Source: Octopus sinensis (lineage: Eukaryota). From it: DNA of 27,960 nucleotides. The stretch spans positions 1 to 27,960 of the forward strand of contig NW_021823876.1 in NCBI RefSeq assembly GCF_006345805.1, written 5' to 3'. Every line of letters begins with the position of its first letter. Positions within the stretch are counted from its first letter, which is position 1. The position numbers were made by a program, and so were the translations under genes. Positions 11,828-22,967 of the stretch are shown piece by piece. Below the pieces are notes generated by a model. That model searched no databases, had not been told where the DNA came from, and worked only from the letters and a program-made list of their open reading frames with translations.

Positions 11828-13240
11828 CAGTAGTCTTATTTTTATCACGTGCTTTCGCTCCACTACCGAATGAGGCTCTGTGTGCTTTGGGTATGTGCTG
11901 TGATTTGTTGTGATGCTCTTAATTTTACTGTATTGAAAGTGTTTTACATAGGATGTGTGCGGTGCCTAGAGGTGCTATTTTCTGTATGTTATATATACTT
12001 GTAAGTCCAGGGGTTTTTGCACTGTATTTGTCTGAATATATTTTTTATCATACCTAATGTGCCTACTATGATAGGAATTGTTTCCTTTGTTAGGTTCCAC
12101 ACTCAAGTTCCCTCTATTTCCAAATCATTGTATTTTGAAAGTTTCTTTTAGAGAAACATTGTCACCTGGCGATATTGATGCATCGATTACAAAGCATCTT
12201 TTTCTTGATGATCTCTGGCAACTATATCTGGCGTATTAGCCTTGACCTGTGTGTCTTGGCATATCCCACAGTATGGCTGCCTTCTCATTTTCTGTGACGT
12301 TTTCTTGCGAATGCCTATACCATTTTTGTTGTTACTCCATAGTGTTGGCAGAACTTCCCGTATATCTAGGTCCAAACTCTGTCGTGTCTCTGAATATATT
12401 CCTTCTTGGCTAGGACTGGGCAGCCAGAAACAATATCATTCATTGTCTCTTCTCCATCACCACATATTCTGTAGTTACCTGTATTTCTTTTCATTGTGTT
12501 TTTCGTAATTTCTGGTGGGGAGGCTTTGGTTTTGTGCTGCAATTAAATATCCTTCAGTCTCTGCATTGATTCCTGAGCTTTGTCTATTTCTTTTCGATTT
12601 AGCTTAGCCCAATATTTGCCATAAAGGGATTTTTCTTGCTATCGTTCTATCATGTTACGTTGCTGTTCCACTTTTGCTTTGGATTTCAGTTGTAAAAGCT
12701 TTTGTTGTTTCTTCTTTTTCTTCGTAGTTGTTAAGTACTATGACTTCTTTTTTGAATTTGTCAGCTTCCGTAAAGACAGAAAGCAGTTTATTTTTTTTGT
12801 TTTTTTCGTTCTTTTGTGGCTATTTGTATTAGTTTTCTTGCTTCTGAATTAGGTATTTCAGTAGCCCTATGGTGGTTATTTTGTTATAGTTTTCTAGCTG
12901 TATAAGGCCTCTACCACCTTCTATACGTTGTATATATAGCCTTTCTATGTTAGATTTTGTGTGGTGCATCCTAGACCGTCATTATTTTTCTTGCTATCCC
13001 CTCTATTTTGATTAGTTCATTTAGAGTCCATTTAAGAATATTGAAGCTATAACTTATAACTGGGACGGCTAAAGTGCTGATACCTATTACCTTGTTTATC
13101 GCATTCAGCTCTGTTTTCAGCAATAATCTGACTCATCTATAGTAGTCTTTTCTTACCTTCTCTTTCATTTGTGTGTTTTGTATCGTATCTAGATCATTGA
13201 TTTTTAAGTAATTGTATGTCTGGTTTTGGTCTAATTCTGC
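11828..13240 (-). mobile_element. R4/Dong-type retrotransposon fragment C (RT C-terminus/thumb, zinc knuckle, RLE, 3' UTR)
   Basis: Minus strand: ELDQNQTYNYLKIN..QMKEKVRKDYYR*VRLLLKTELNAINKVIGISTLAVPVISYSFNILKW..HHTKSNIERLYIQRIEGGRGL..YRICGDGEETMNDIVSGCPVLAKKEYIQRHDRV..KANTPDIVARD..GTAHILCKTLS. The tail is (TAA)n on the minus strand. Confidence 0.92.
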
Positions 13241-13329
13241 TACGTAATTTGCTTTATCTTGTGTGATGTTTTCTTCTTCTTCTTCTGTCTTCTTCTTCTT
13301 CTTCTTCTTCTTCTTCTTCTTCTATCGTC

Positions 13330-13927
13330 CCTTTTTTTATTCTTTTTCCATAGCCGGGTTCTTTCGTATTTAAGGCGGTTGTATTTATCTAGGTTTTCGC
13401 CTTCCTTCTTGAGTATTCGTGGGTCAAAGGGGCACACAACATTATCTATTTAGCACATGTGGTAAACCTTCTCGACCACCACTAGGTCCGGTCTCTAGCG
13501 CCTGATCTGTTTGGAATGGAAAATCCCAGAGGATTTAGCAAGTCTCCGACACCACAACCTTCCGCAATTTGCGCTCATACCACCTCTTGCCGCTCTCTAG
13601 TCCCCAATTTTCGCCCAGTTTCCGATGTAGCACTTTCGCTACCTCATCGTGTCGCCAAGACTTTTGGTGGTTTGGGGCAAGTCAAGGGCATTCGTTCGTG
13701 ATATGGTCGCTGGTTTCATCCACTCTATTACAGATGCGATACAGTGGAGACATGCGCTCATTCTTAAGGCTGACCCTCCAATCCCTGGCCAATGTTCGGT
13801 CTTGCGATGACACTATAGTGCTTTCGGTCTCTCTTTTTAGTGTTTCTTTCTTCAGCCAATCCCACCTATGCTTTCCAGCACCTTCTATTGTGGGCTGCAT
13901 GGGATTGATTGTGTAAGCCCTTGCTGC
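13330..13927 (-). mobile_element. R4/Dong-type retrotransposon internal fragment D (different subfamily)
   Basis: WDWLKKETLKRETESTIVSSQDRTLA..SPLYRICNRVDETSDHITNECP..WRHDEVAKVLH..RPDLVVVEK..CPFDPRILKKEGENLDKYNRLKYE; bounded by (CTT)n and (TTA)n. Confidence 0.88.
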
Positions 13928-13964
13928 ATTGTTATTATCATTATTATTATTATTATTATTATTA

Positions 13965-14044
<80 letters not shown>

Positions 14045-14096
14045 GTTATTGTTATTATTATCATTATCATCATCATCATCATCATCATTATTATTA
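13928..14096. repeat. (TTA)n/(TCA)n microsatellite
   Basis: Directly visible. Confidence 0.95.
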
Positions 14097-14097
14097 A

Positions 14098-14303
14098 GGC
14101 GATGACTGGTAGAATCATTAGCACTCCAGTCGAAATGCGGTATTTCGTCTGTCTCTACATTCTGAGTTCAAATTCCGCTGAGGTCGACTTTGCCTTTCAT
14201 CCTTTCGGGGTCGATAAATTAAGTACCAGTAGAGTACTGGGGTCGAGGTAATCGACTTGTCTCCTCCCCCAAATTTCAGGCCTTGTGGTTATAGTAGAAA
14301 GGG
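14098..14303 (+). mobile_element. tRNA-derived SINE family 1 (best-preserved copy) with a (TAC)n tail
   Basis: A-box-like tggtagaatcattag, B box gttcaaattcc (14166-14176), central gactttgcctttcatcctttcggggtcgataaattaagtacc (resembles the MetaSINE/Sauria-type conserved domain, from memory), tail (TAC)n at 14305-14340. Confidence 0.88.
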
Positions 14304-14304
14304 T

Positions 14305-14340
<36 letters not shown>

Positions 14341-15143
14341 AGCAGCAGCAGTAGGAGGAGGAGGTGGAGCTGTTGTTGCAGCATCAGTAGCAGAAGACTC
14401 TCAGGTGTAGAAAATAACCTACTGTGACTCCACATTGCTACGCGTTTATGTTTATATGATGCAACTTCATTTGCAATTTATGCCTAATTAAGAAAATCCT
14501 TTCATTATATTGTTTTTCTTTATTACTAATTAAAATCCCATTTAAACTTTTCAACTTCTTCGGTCTTACTCTCTTTCTCTCTCCGTTTTTTGCACCCCTC
14601 CCCTTGATCGTCTATCTCGTGCTGACGCACACATTCTTATGGCAAGACACACACGAACTCTTCCACTTATTAACTCGCATACGCATTTACATACACGGAT
14701 ATAAGTCCATTAATTTCTTCATTAATATACATCCATAAACGCATACAAGCACATAGACAGACTCACTCATTAACGTACAGATGCATATGTATATGCATGC
14801 ACAGACATACTCACACATTCACTCCTTAACACGCACGTGCACAGGAAGACATTTGCGTGCGTGCTCAGAAATACTTGATCATTATCGCTTTCTGTTACTC
14901 ACACACGCATACACACAATGCCATTTTATTTCCATTAAAGCCTTCTTTTACAATTCTCATCACCATTATCGTCATGCATCACCGCCACCACCACCACCAT
15001 CACTAGCATCATTATCATCATCATCATTTTCGCCATCATCGTCATCGTCATCATCATCATTACGTCTTAATATCTAATAACTTCATTGCTTCTCAATTTA
15101 CCCCGCGACCAACCCTTATTCTTCTAAATGTCTATCTGCCTCA

Positions 15144-15181
<38 letters not shown>

Positions 15182-16691
15182 CTCTCTCTCTTTCTTTTTC
15201 TCTCCCACGCACACACACAAAAGAAAACTTTAATTATTTCCCAAAATGAATAGCATTTTCCTTATTCCTCTACTGTATCCATTTTTCCTTCCATCTTTTC
15301 CACCCAATCATCTCTCTCTCTCCCCCACCCTGCCCGCGCACATAAACAATCATATACATACGCCATACTCACACCCTGTTCTTTGCTAATTATTTATTTT
15401 TCTTTCTTTCATTCTACGGCAGAAAACGACCAATCTATCGACCTTCCACGCCCTACTCATTTCCTACACCCTTACTTCCAACCGCACTCTTTCCGCCGTC
15501 ACTCTATCATTTTTATCTCAAATCTTCCATTCATACGTTTCACATTGCCCTCAATTCTCTTCTCTTATTATCTCATTCACACACATTACTTTCATTTTCT
15601 CTCTCCCTTTCTCTCTATTTTACTTTCTCACACACGCTCTCACTCCACTCATTTTTTCTCGTCAATATCTCCCAACATTCACCGCACTCACTCCTGTTCC
15701 CACCCAATTCTATTCTAACCAATTCCCACTTCCTTCAGGGTCACATTCTTCTTCTCTCTCGTCTTCAATTGAGTGAAGCTTTTCGTCCAGACATCAAACA
15801 CCAATCACCGCAACCATTCTAAGGATGCTACTACCGTCTCCACCCACCATCATAACCACTACCGCAAGCATCTTAACAACACAATTTATTCAACCCTTAC
15901 ACCATACAAACCCGTCTCCTTTATTTTTCTAACACCCCGTACCATCCCCATTTTCTAATCCTTCCTTGCCCTGTTTCTTTTCCACGTCTTCATGTCTGTC
16001 TTGCTCGGCTCATCCATCACCCCACCCATTTACATGCGCTCACGCACGCACGCAGAAACACACAAGCATAAAGGGAACTCAGACGCAATTTTTCTCCACA
16101 GAAAACAGCGGATTTCTGTTCAAACACAACTGCATACCACCCTACCCACACTTTATCCCCGTCTTACCCACCGACAACGAAAACCCACCTACCTACTCCC
16201 TAACCCTAACCCACAACGAAAATCCACTCCACCTCCATCCCACCACAGCCCACTCCAATCTACTGCCACTCCAAATTCTTATTCTACTACACTCCTCTCG
16301 CTTTTTCTTCTTTCCCCTAACACCATGCTTTACTTCTGCCACCGACTTTTAGTCACCCACCTCCCCAACACATTCATACACACATCGTTGTATACCTACC
16401 CTCATTCAACTACCACCAACACACCCATCTCATTGATTACCTGATTCCTACTCTTACTCACTATATGCAACACTTTGTTTATCCAACGTACCATTTATTA
16501 TTCATTACCCACCAACGCAAGCCAAGTACAACGAAAACAACAAACACACTAGGAACGAAGACAGAAGAAAATAAAATTTAAAAAATCACTTATCGCTAGA
16601 ATAATCCTAACCATATTCAGTATCATCATCATAGTCATGATATTTGCATATTACTTCCCCACACTCAGCTACAAGCATGTCGTTAAACTCA

Positions 16692-16728
<37 letters not shown>

Positions 16729-17104
16729 CACACACACACACGGAGGACATGAGAAACAATTAAATTCTTAAGAAACGATTCAAAGCTTGCAATGTTTGCC
16801 AATAAACAGTTTCCGGCAATGCATGTGTGTCTCTTATGTGCCAGCGCATGCGACATTGTGAATCTCAGTAGAATATACATTCGCACGCGCACAGTTACAC
16901 ACATGTAAGTGTGCGGATATGTATGCATGTAACCCCATATATATATTTATGTATATTGATATGCAAAACGTGTAAATATGTGGACACACCAAATAATTAG
17001 ATCCGTATATGAAGATAAATATAATTAGCGAGAAAAACGGACGACTATATATTTATGCGTTCATTTGTTTCATTCAACAGACGGCGGTAAATAGCATGTA
17101 CGCG

Positions 17105-17140
<36 letters not shown>

Positions 17141-17144
17141 TACC

Positions 17145-17371
17145 CTTTTACTTGTTTCAGTCATATGACTGAGGCCATGCTGTAGCACCGCCTTTAGTCG
17201 AGCAAATCGACCCCAGGACTTATTCTTTGTAAGCCCAGTACTTATTCTATCGGTCTCTTTTGCCGAACCGCTAAGTTACGGGGACGTAAACACACCAGCA
17301 TCGGTTATCAAGCGATGTTGGGGACAATTACAGACACACAAACGTATACACCTATACACTCACACACACAC

Positions 17372-17402
<31 letters not shown>

Positions 17403-17546
17403 CATACATATATACGACGGGCTTCTTTCAGTTTCCGTCTACCAAAATCCATTCACAAGGCTTTGGTCGGCCCGAGGCTAAAGTGGGACTGAACCGGGAA
17501 CCATGTGGTTCGTAAGCAAGCTACTCACCACACAGCCACTCCTACG

Positions 17547-17548
<2 letters not shown>
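17145..17548 (-). mobile_element. tRNA-derived SINE family 2 (octopus OR-like) with an internal microsatellite
   Basis: Minus-strand head ggcgtaggagtggctgtgtggtgagtagc...ggttcccggttcagtccc (A/B boxes), internal (TA)/(TG) tract, 3' end gactgaaacaagtaaaag. Lacks ~30 bp present in the copy at 18157-18480. Confidence 0.85.
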
Positions 17549-17579
<31 letters not shown>

Positions 17580-17581
<2 letters not shown>

Positions 17582-17980
17582 GATATAGGATAAATTTTTT
17601 ATCAACGGCCAGCATATCAAAAAATGCCTTTAAAGGTAAAATTTATTCATAATTTACAAGATAAGGGCAGAAGAAAAATTCTAATGCCAGATACACCGAA
17701 ACAAAAAATTTGTCGATAACCATTAAATTTATGCGTCTCCAAACAAACCGATAGAAATCTCTCAAAAATTCGTTATTACCGTATTGGTCCAATTTCGGGG
17801 TTAATTCACAAGAAATTTTCCCCTCTTCAGCGGCACATACGCGAGATATAAATGAAATACTTATTTATACCCACGGAAGAAGCAAGCACTAAGACCCGAG
17901 ACGCATAAATTTAATGGTTATCGACAAATTTTTTGTTTCGGAGTATCTGGCATTAGAATTTTCTTCTGCCCTTATCTTGT

Positions 17981-17987
<7 letters not shown>
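17580..17987 (-). mobile_element. Non-autonomous Penelope-like element remnant: 90-bp inverted repeat enclosing a hammerhead motif, inserted in (TA)n
   Basis: 17649-17739 and 17898-17987 are reverse complements (1 mismatch, one 1-bp indel). The spacer is 158 bp and there is (TA)n on both flanks. The Penelope assignment is inferred from the hammerhead plus partial inverted terminal repeat architecture. Confidence 0.7.
17777..17835 (-). ncRNA. Type I hammerhead ribozyme motif
   Basis: Minus strand UGCCG-CUGAAGA-GGGG-AAAAUUUCUUGUGAAUUAA-CCCC-GAA-AUUGG-A-CCAAU-A/CGGUA. All core nucleotides are present (CUGAnGA, GAAA, UH), with stem I UGCCG:CGGUA, stem II GGGG:CCCC and a near-palindromic stem III. 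Confidence 0.8.
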
Positions 17988-18023
<36 letters not shown>

Positions 18024-18117
18024 CAAAATTAGAAAATGGGAAACATGGGTACCTATCTGCAGTATATTGGATATATGTTATCCCATGGTGGGTTGAATTT
18101 TCAACCCCTATCTCATT

Positions 18118-18154
<37 letters not shown>

Positions 18155-18156
18155 TT

Positions 18157-18480
18157 ATAAGCCTAATACTTATTCTATCGGTCTCTTTTGCCGAACCGCT
18201 AAGTTGCGAGGACGTAAACACAGCAGCATCGGTTGTGAAGTGATAGTGGGGAAGGGACAAACACAGACACAGAAACATACACACATATATATACATATAT
18301 GTATATATATTTATACGAAGGGCTTCTTTTCAGCTTCCGTCTACCAAAATCCATTCACAAGGCTTTGGTCGGCCCGAAGTTATAACAGAAGACACATGCC
18401 GAAGGTGTCATGCATAGGGAGTGAACCTAGAACCTTGTGATTGGTAAGGAATATACTTACCATCCCGCCACTCCCGCGCC
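18157..18480 (-). mobile_element. SINE family 2 copy, 3'-truncated
   Basis: Shares tacttattctatcggtctcttttgccgaaccgctaagtt and ttccgtctaccaaaatccattcacaaggctttggtcggcccga with 17145-17548. Retains a CORE-like segment (minus strand acaccttcggcatgtgtcttct). Confidence 0.85.
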
Positions 18481-18823
18481 TATATATTTAGTTACAGGTA
18501 TCTTTATGCCTCTCTCTCTCTCTTTGTGTTTTTATGTGTAAAAGCATATATTTATATACATTTACATGTAATTGCGTTCATCAGCATCACTATCTTCAGC
18601 TCAGCCGAATTTATTTTGTAGCTACTCTTTACCCTACAGACTTAGTCCTCGACAAAATACTTCCGAGTTAAAGTTCAAGTCATTCGAGCACTACAACCTG
18701 CTTCTTATAGAGCATTTCTAGTCCTCACCTTTTGATTGTACAGGTGTGTGGGTGGGTGTGCGCGCGCGCGTATGTGTGCGTGCGTGTGTATGTGTAGTAG
18801 ATTAACATACACCTTTCATCATA

Positions 18824-18861
18824 TAGATAGATCAATAGATCAATCAATCGATAGATAGATT

Positions 18862-18952
<91 letters not shown>
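18824..18952. repeat. (GATA)n microsatellite
   Basis: Directly visible. Confidence 0.97.
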
Positions 18953-18953
<1 letters not shown>

Positions 18954-21126
18954 CAGGTGGAATAATCATCAGATATACTTTACTCCACACAAACTGCAAA
19001 TGTTATTTAAATCTATTTCCTACTCTTCTATTGGTGGTGAATAATGTCATTACAATACCAGAAACACTTCCGTATCTTTAGTAGGTATCTCATGATTACA
19101 AGTATTCGCTCCTTGTAATATCTTTCACCGAGAGAACTTTTCCATCTTTGGTCTTTAATCAACCAACTCGAACTGGTCTCAGCTGTCATGATTATCTTCT
19201 TAGTTGTTTCTTACACATGTATGGGTGTGCTGGAAACAGAACACCAAACTTGCTTAAGTGTCGGATGAATCTACTTTATCAGAGTGCTGTATATCCCTGA
19301 AATTCATCCATAGCGAAGAAATACGAACGAAAATTTGAAACTGCATGGAACTCAATCTGCATTGTATTGGATGTAATCAGAGGAGAAATATATATTAAAT
19401 TATTTACAAATATATCTCAGTATAGTCTATTTGCTTGCTCAAAGACTCGGGATGCTCAATATTGTCCTAATAAAGTTCGTATTAATTTGTGGCATAGTAC
19501 ACAGACAATAAACAGACAGACAGACACACACACAAACAAATCTACAACATGTAATATATGATTCGTCAATTATAATTAACCGATTTATCCTTACAGTTGC
19601 AAGATAATTATTAGTTTTAATCGAGAAATCTGAAACTAGAATGGAGGCTCCCATTATAGCAGCCATGCTAATTTTTAAGGAAATAAAGACAGTGCATTTA
19701 GAAATAATCAAACGGACATTCACACTAACTGTATTTGTGTCGGTCCTGGTGAGGCAGAACTCTAGTTTAACCTTTAAAAACTGACATGAAGTTACTTTTA
19801 AGTACTAAATACGCTGACAATTTACTGTCACTTCAATAACATCCTATTCAATGCCACAGTAGACTTGGTCATTGATATCTTAATACAAATAAAAAAAGGT
19901 ATTCAGTCTTGCCTATCTTATTAAGCTGACTTTCGTCTAATTCATCTGCGAGCGCTAAAATAAGTACCCGTCACGCCCTGAAACTTATTCAATCAAATAC
20001 ACGTCTATTCCATAAATGCACGGCTTTGTGTTCAAGCGAAATATAATTATTGTTGATCTTACACTTCTATTAACCGTGTAGAGAAAATACGGCGAGCAGT
20101 TGGTTTAATCAGCACACTTTTCTATATTTGTACAGTATGATGAAATTAAAACTGATATGAGTACCACAGTTTACTTTTTTCTCATATAACACTAAAATAT
20201 AATACATATTTGAAAGATAGATAAACCGTATTATAATTTATTTTTTGTACTTAAATATGATATTAGAAAGTGCTTTCTACATTAGACAAATCTATTTTTT
20301 GCTCATAACGATATCCGCAACATCAATTTATTTGCCGGATAACTACTAATATGAATACTAATTTTGTTTTACAGTTACATTATGGTAATTTAATCGCAGA
20401 CTTCAGCTTTCGTTTCCCTTAATAGCTAAACATAAATATAAACTAGATTTAACTTTGGCGCTAAAAAATAAATGTACCTGAGTTATTAATGAATAAGTAT
20501 TGTCTTATGAAGTGCATAAGATAATTGTTCGGCGTAATTACTGATTTTATAATGATAGTGAATAGAGATTCGCTTTTGATGCAAAATATCATCAAGCACA
20601 AACATGCTATGATCTGGTGCATGAAGATATCAGACGGACTCAAATCATTTGAATCGCAAATAATATTTGAGCATTTTGTATACTTTATAGAACATATAGT
20701 AACATATAGATATAGGAAGTGGACTTCATTTTAATAATGGTAGTTTACCGAAGAAGAACTAATTTGGTACATCATGTACATTCCATCTTTAAAATTATAG
20801 AGATTTCCTTGGAGAAATCTTGATTGCTACATTGAGTAGGTTAAGCGATTATATAAAAGCTTCCCCGTTGTTATTCATTGTCTTCATTTTAATTACTGTA
20901 AAGAATGAGAAAAATTATATAATATTCTATAGAGAATAGCAATAAATTCAATTTAGATAATAATTTATATTTAACTTTGCTTAAAATAAAACTAGAGCTA
21001 AGAGAAAACACCAAAAATATTCTAGAGAAAGTATTATACAACTATATACAATCAATGAGGTTGTTGAGAAAATGTTTTATTACATTAGCCGTAATATTCA
21101 ATGACAGTAGTGTTGATATATATATT

Positions 21127-21646
21127 ATGTATGTATGTATGTATCCATGTATGTATGTATGTATGTATGTATGTATGTATGTATGTTTGTATATATGTAT
21201 GTATGAATGTATGTATGAATGTATGTACGTACGTATGTATGTACATATGTATGTATGTATGAATGTATGCATGTACGTACGTACGTACGTACGTATGTAT
21301 GCATGTATGTACGTATGTATGTATGTATGCATGTATGCATGTACGTAAGTACGTACGTATGCATGTATGTATGTACGTATGTATGTATGCATGTACGTAC
21401 GTACGTACGTATGTATGAATGTACGTATGTATGTATGCATGTATGCATGTACGTACGCACGTACGTAAGCATGTATGTATGTACGTATGTATGTATGTAT
21501 GCATGTACATGCGTACGTACGTATGTATGCATGTATGCATGTTACGTACGTATGTATGTATGTATGTATGTATGTATGTATGTATGAATGAAAGTATGTA
21601 TGTACATACGTACGTACGTATATATGTATGTATATACATATATATA
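21127..21646. repeat. Compound tetranucleotide array (TATG/TACG/CATG)n
   Basis: Directly visible, ~520 bp; source of the spurious YIHT/YVCM ORFs. Confidence 0.95.
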
Positions 21647-21950
21647 GTGTAGCAACTCTAATGCCGTCATTTAAGTTGAGTTGTAATAACTCAATTCCCG
21701 GCACAATGACTATAAGTAAAGCTAGATAAAAAAAAAAAAAAGATACGCGGTCATACATCAACTGTTCAATAGAAAACTAATCTTTAGTACCACTAAATAG
21801 TACCATGACCGAATTTCCAATCATGATACTAAGCAAAATATTATTAAATGTACTTAACTGTCCTCTCGATGTTTAGTTTCAGTCTCAGTACATTTCAGCA
21901 ATAGATGTGACATAAGACATTTTTTTTTTATTTGACCAGCCGTATATTAT

Positions 21951-22078
21951 AATGATTTCAAATTTTGGCTCAAGGCCAGTCATTTCGGAGAAGGGTGCAA
22001 GTTGATTACATCGAACCCAGTGTTCAACTGCTACTTAATTTCTTGACCCCGAAAAGATGAAAGACAAAGTTAACTTTG
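21951..22078 (-). mobile_element. SINE family 1, 3' half
   Basis: tttcaaattttggctcaaggccag...gattacatcgaacccagtg...gaccccgaaaagatgaaagacaaagt. Confidence 0.7.
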
Positions 22079-22370
22079 TTTGGCTGAATTATATAAGCAA
22101 AAAGTCATTGTAGCTTGGAGTTTTACTCAACGATTTATATATTATAACATTTTTTTTTTTATTACGTAAACTTTCAGTAATTAATGATTTCGAACACAGG
22201 CATAAACATTTCTTTATTAAATAACTGTCGATTATATATACTTCAGGAATTGACTGATATTTGCTTTATTGGCCTCAGAAAAATAGAATGAAAATCGAAT
22301 TAGACATAACTAAATACGGCAAAATGCACTACTGATCCCGACACTGAAGCCTATGGTAGTAATAATGTTG

Positions 22371-22558
22371 GTTTCAAATTCTGGCACAGGGCCAGCAGAT
22401 TTTGAGTGGTGGGGAATTGATTACATGTTTGATGTTACTTATTTTATCGACCACAAAAGGACGGGCGGCAAAAAAGATCTCTTCAGATTTTTGAATACAG
22501 AACATAAAGACGGACGAAATGCCGCTAAGCTTTATATCCGGCATGCAAACGATACCTT
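22371..22558 (-). mobile_element. Degenerate SINE family 1 copy
   Basis: tttcaaattctggcacagggccagc...ttttatcgacc...cagaacataaagacggacgaaatgccgctaagc. Confidence 0.7.
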
Positions 22559-22560
22559 AC

Positions 22561-22599
<39 letters not shown>

Positions 22600-22680
22600 C
22601 TAATAATAACAATAACAACAACAACAACGACGAGAAGAAGAAGAAGAAGAAGAAGAAGAAGAAGAAGAAGAAGAAGAAGA
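22561..22680. repeat. (TAA)n-(CAA)n-(GAA)n compound microsatellite
   Basis: Directly visible. Confidence 0.95.
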
Positions 22681-22906
22681 ATTTTATGAAACTACGAACA
22701 ATGGTTGTAACGTGGACTCAGATGTATTATTACTCCTATTTTGTTGTCAAAATTTGTGGTGCACATATACATATTTACATACATATACGCATGTATATAT
22801 AAGTACATATGTCTACAATATATAAGTTTACATATAATATATATATATATTTACATATACATATACGTACGCTGTCATATTGTGTGGATGTATGTACCTA
22901 TGTCTA

Positions 22907-22967
<61 letters not shown>

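Noticed and set aside
16201-16212. Telomere-like taaccctaaccc
   Set aside because: Only two units, within a C/A-rich tract.
19130-19340. Possible decayed Penelope GIY-YIG endonuclease (..TCMG..TPNLLKCRMNL..)
   Set aside because: Too degenerate to call by eye; needs a translated HMM search.
20749-20895. Minus-strand segment with a strong acceptor (tttttctcattctttacAG) and possible donor, a candidate upstream Otx exon
   Set aside because: Stops occur in all three frames near its start and there is no Otx N-terminal similarity; at best a non-coding exon, unsupported.
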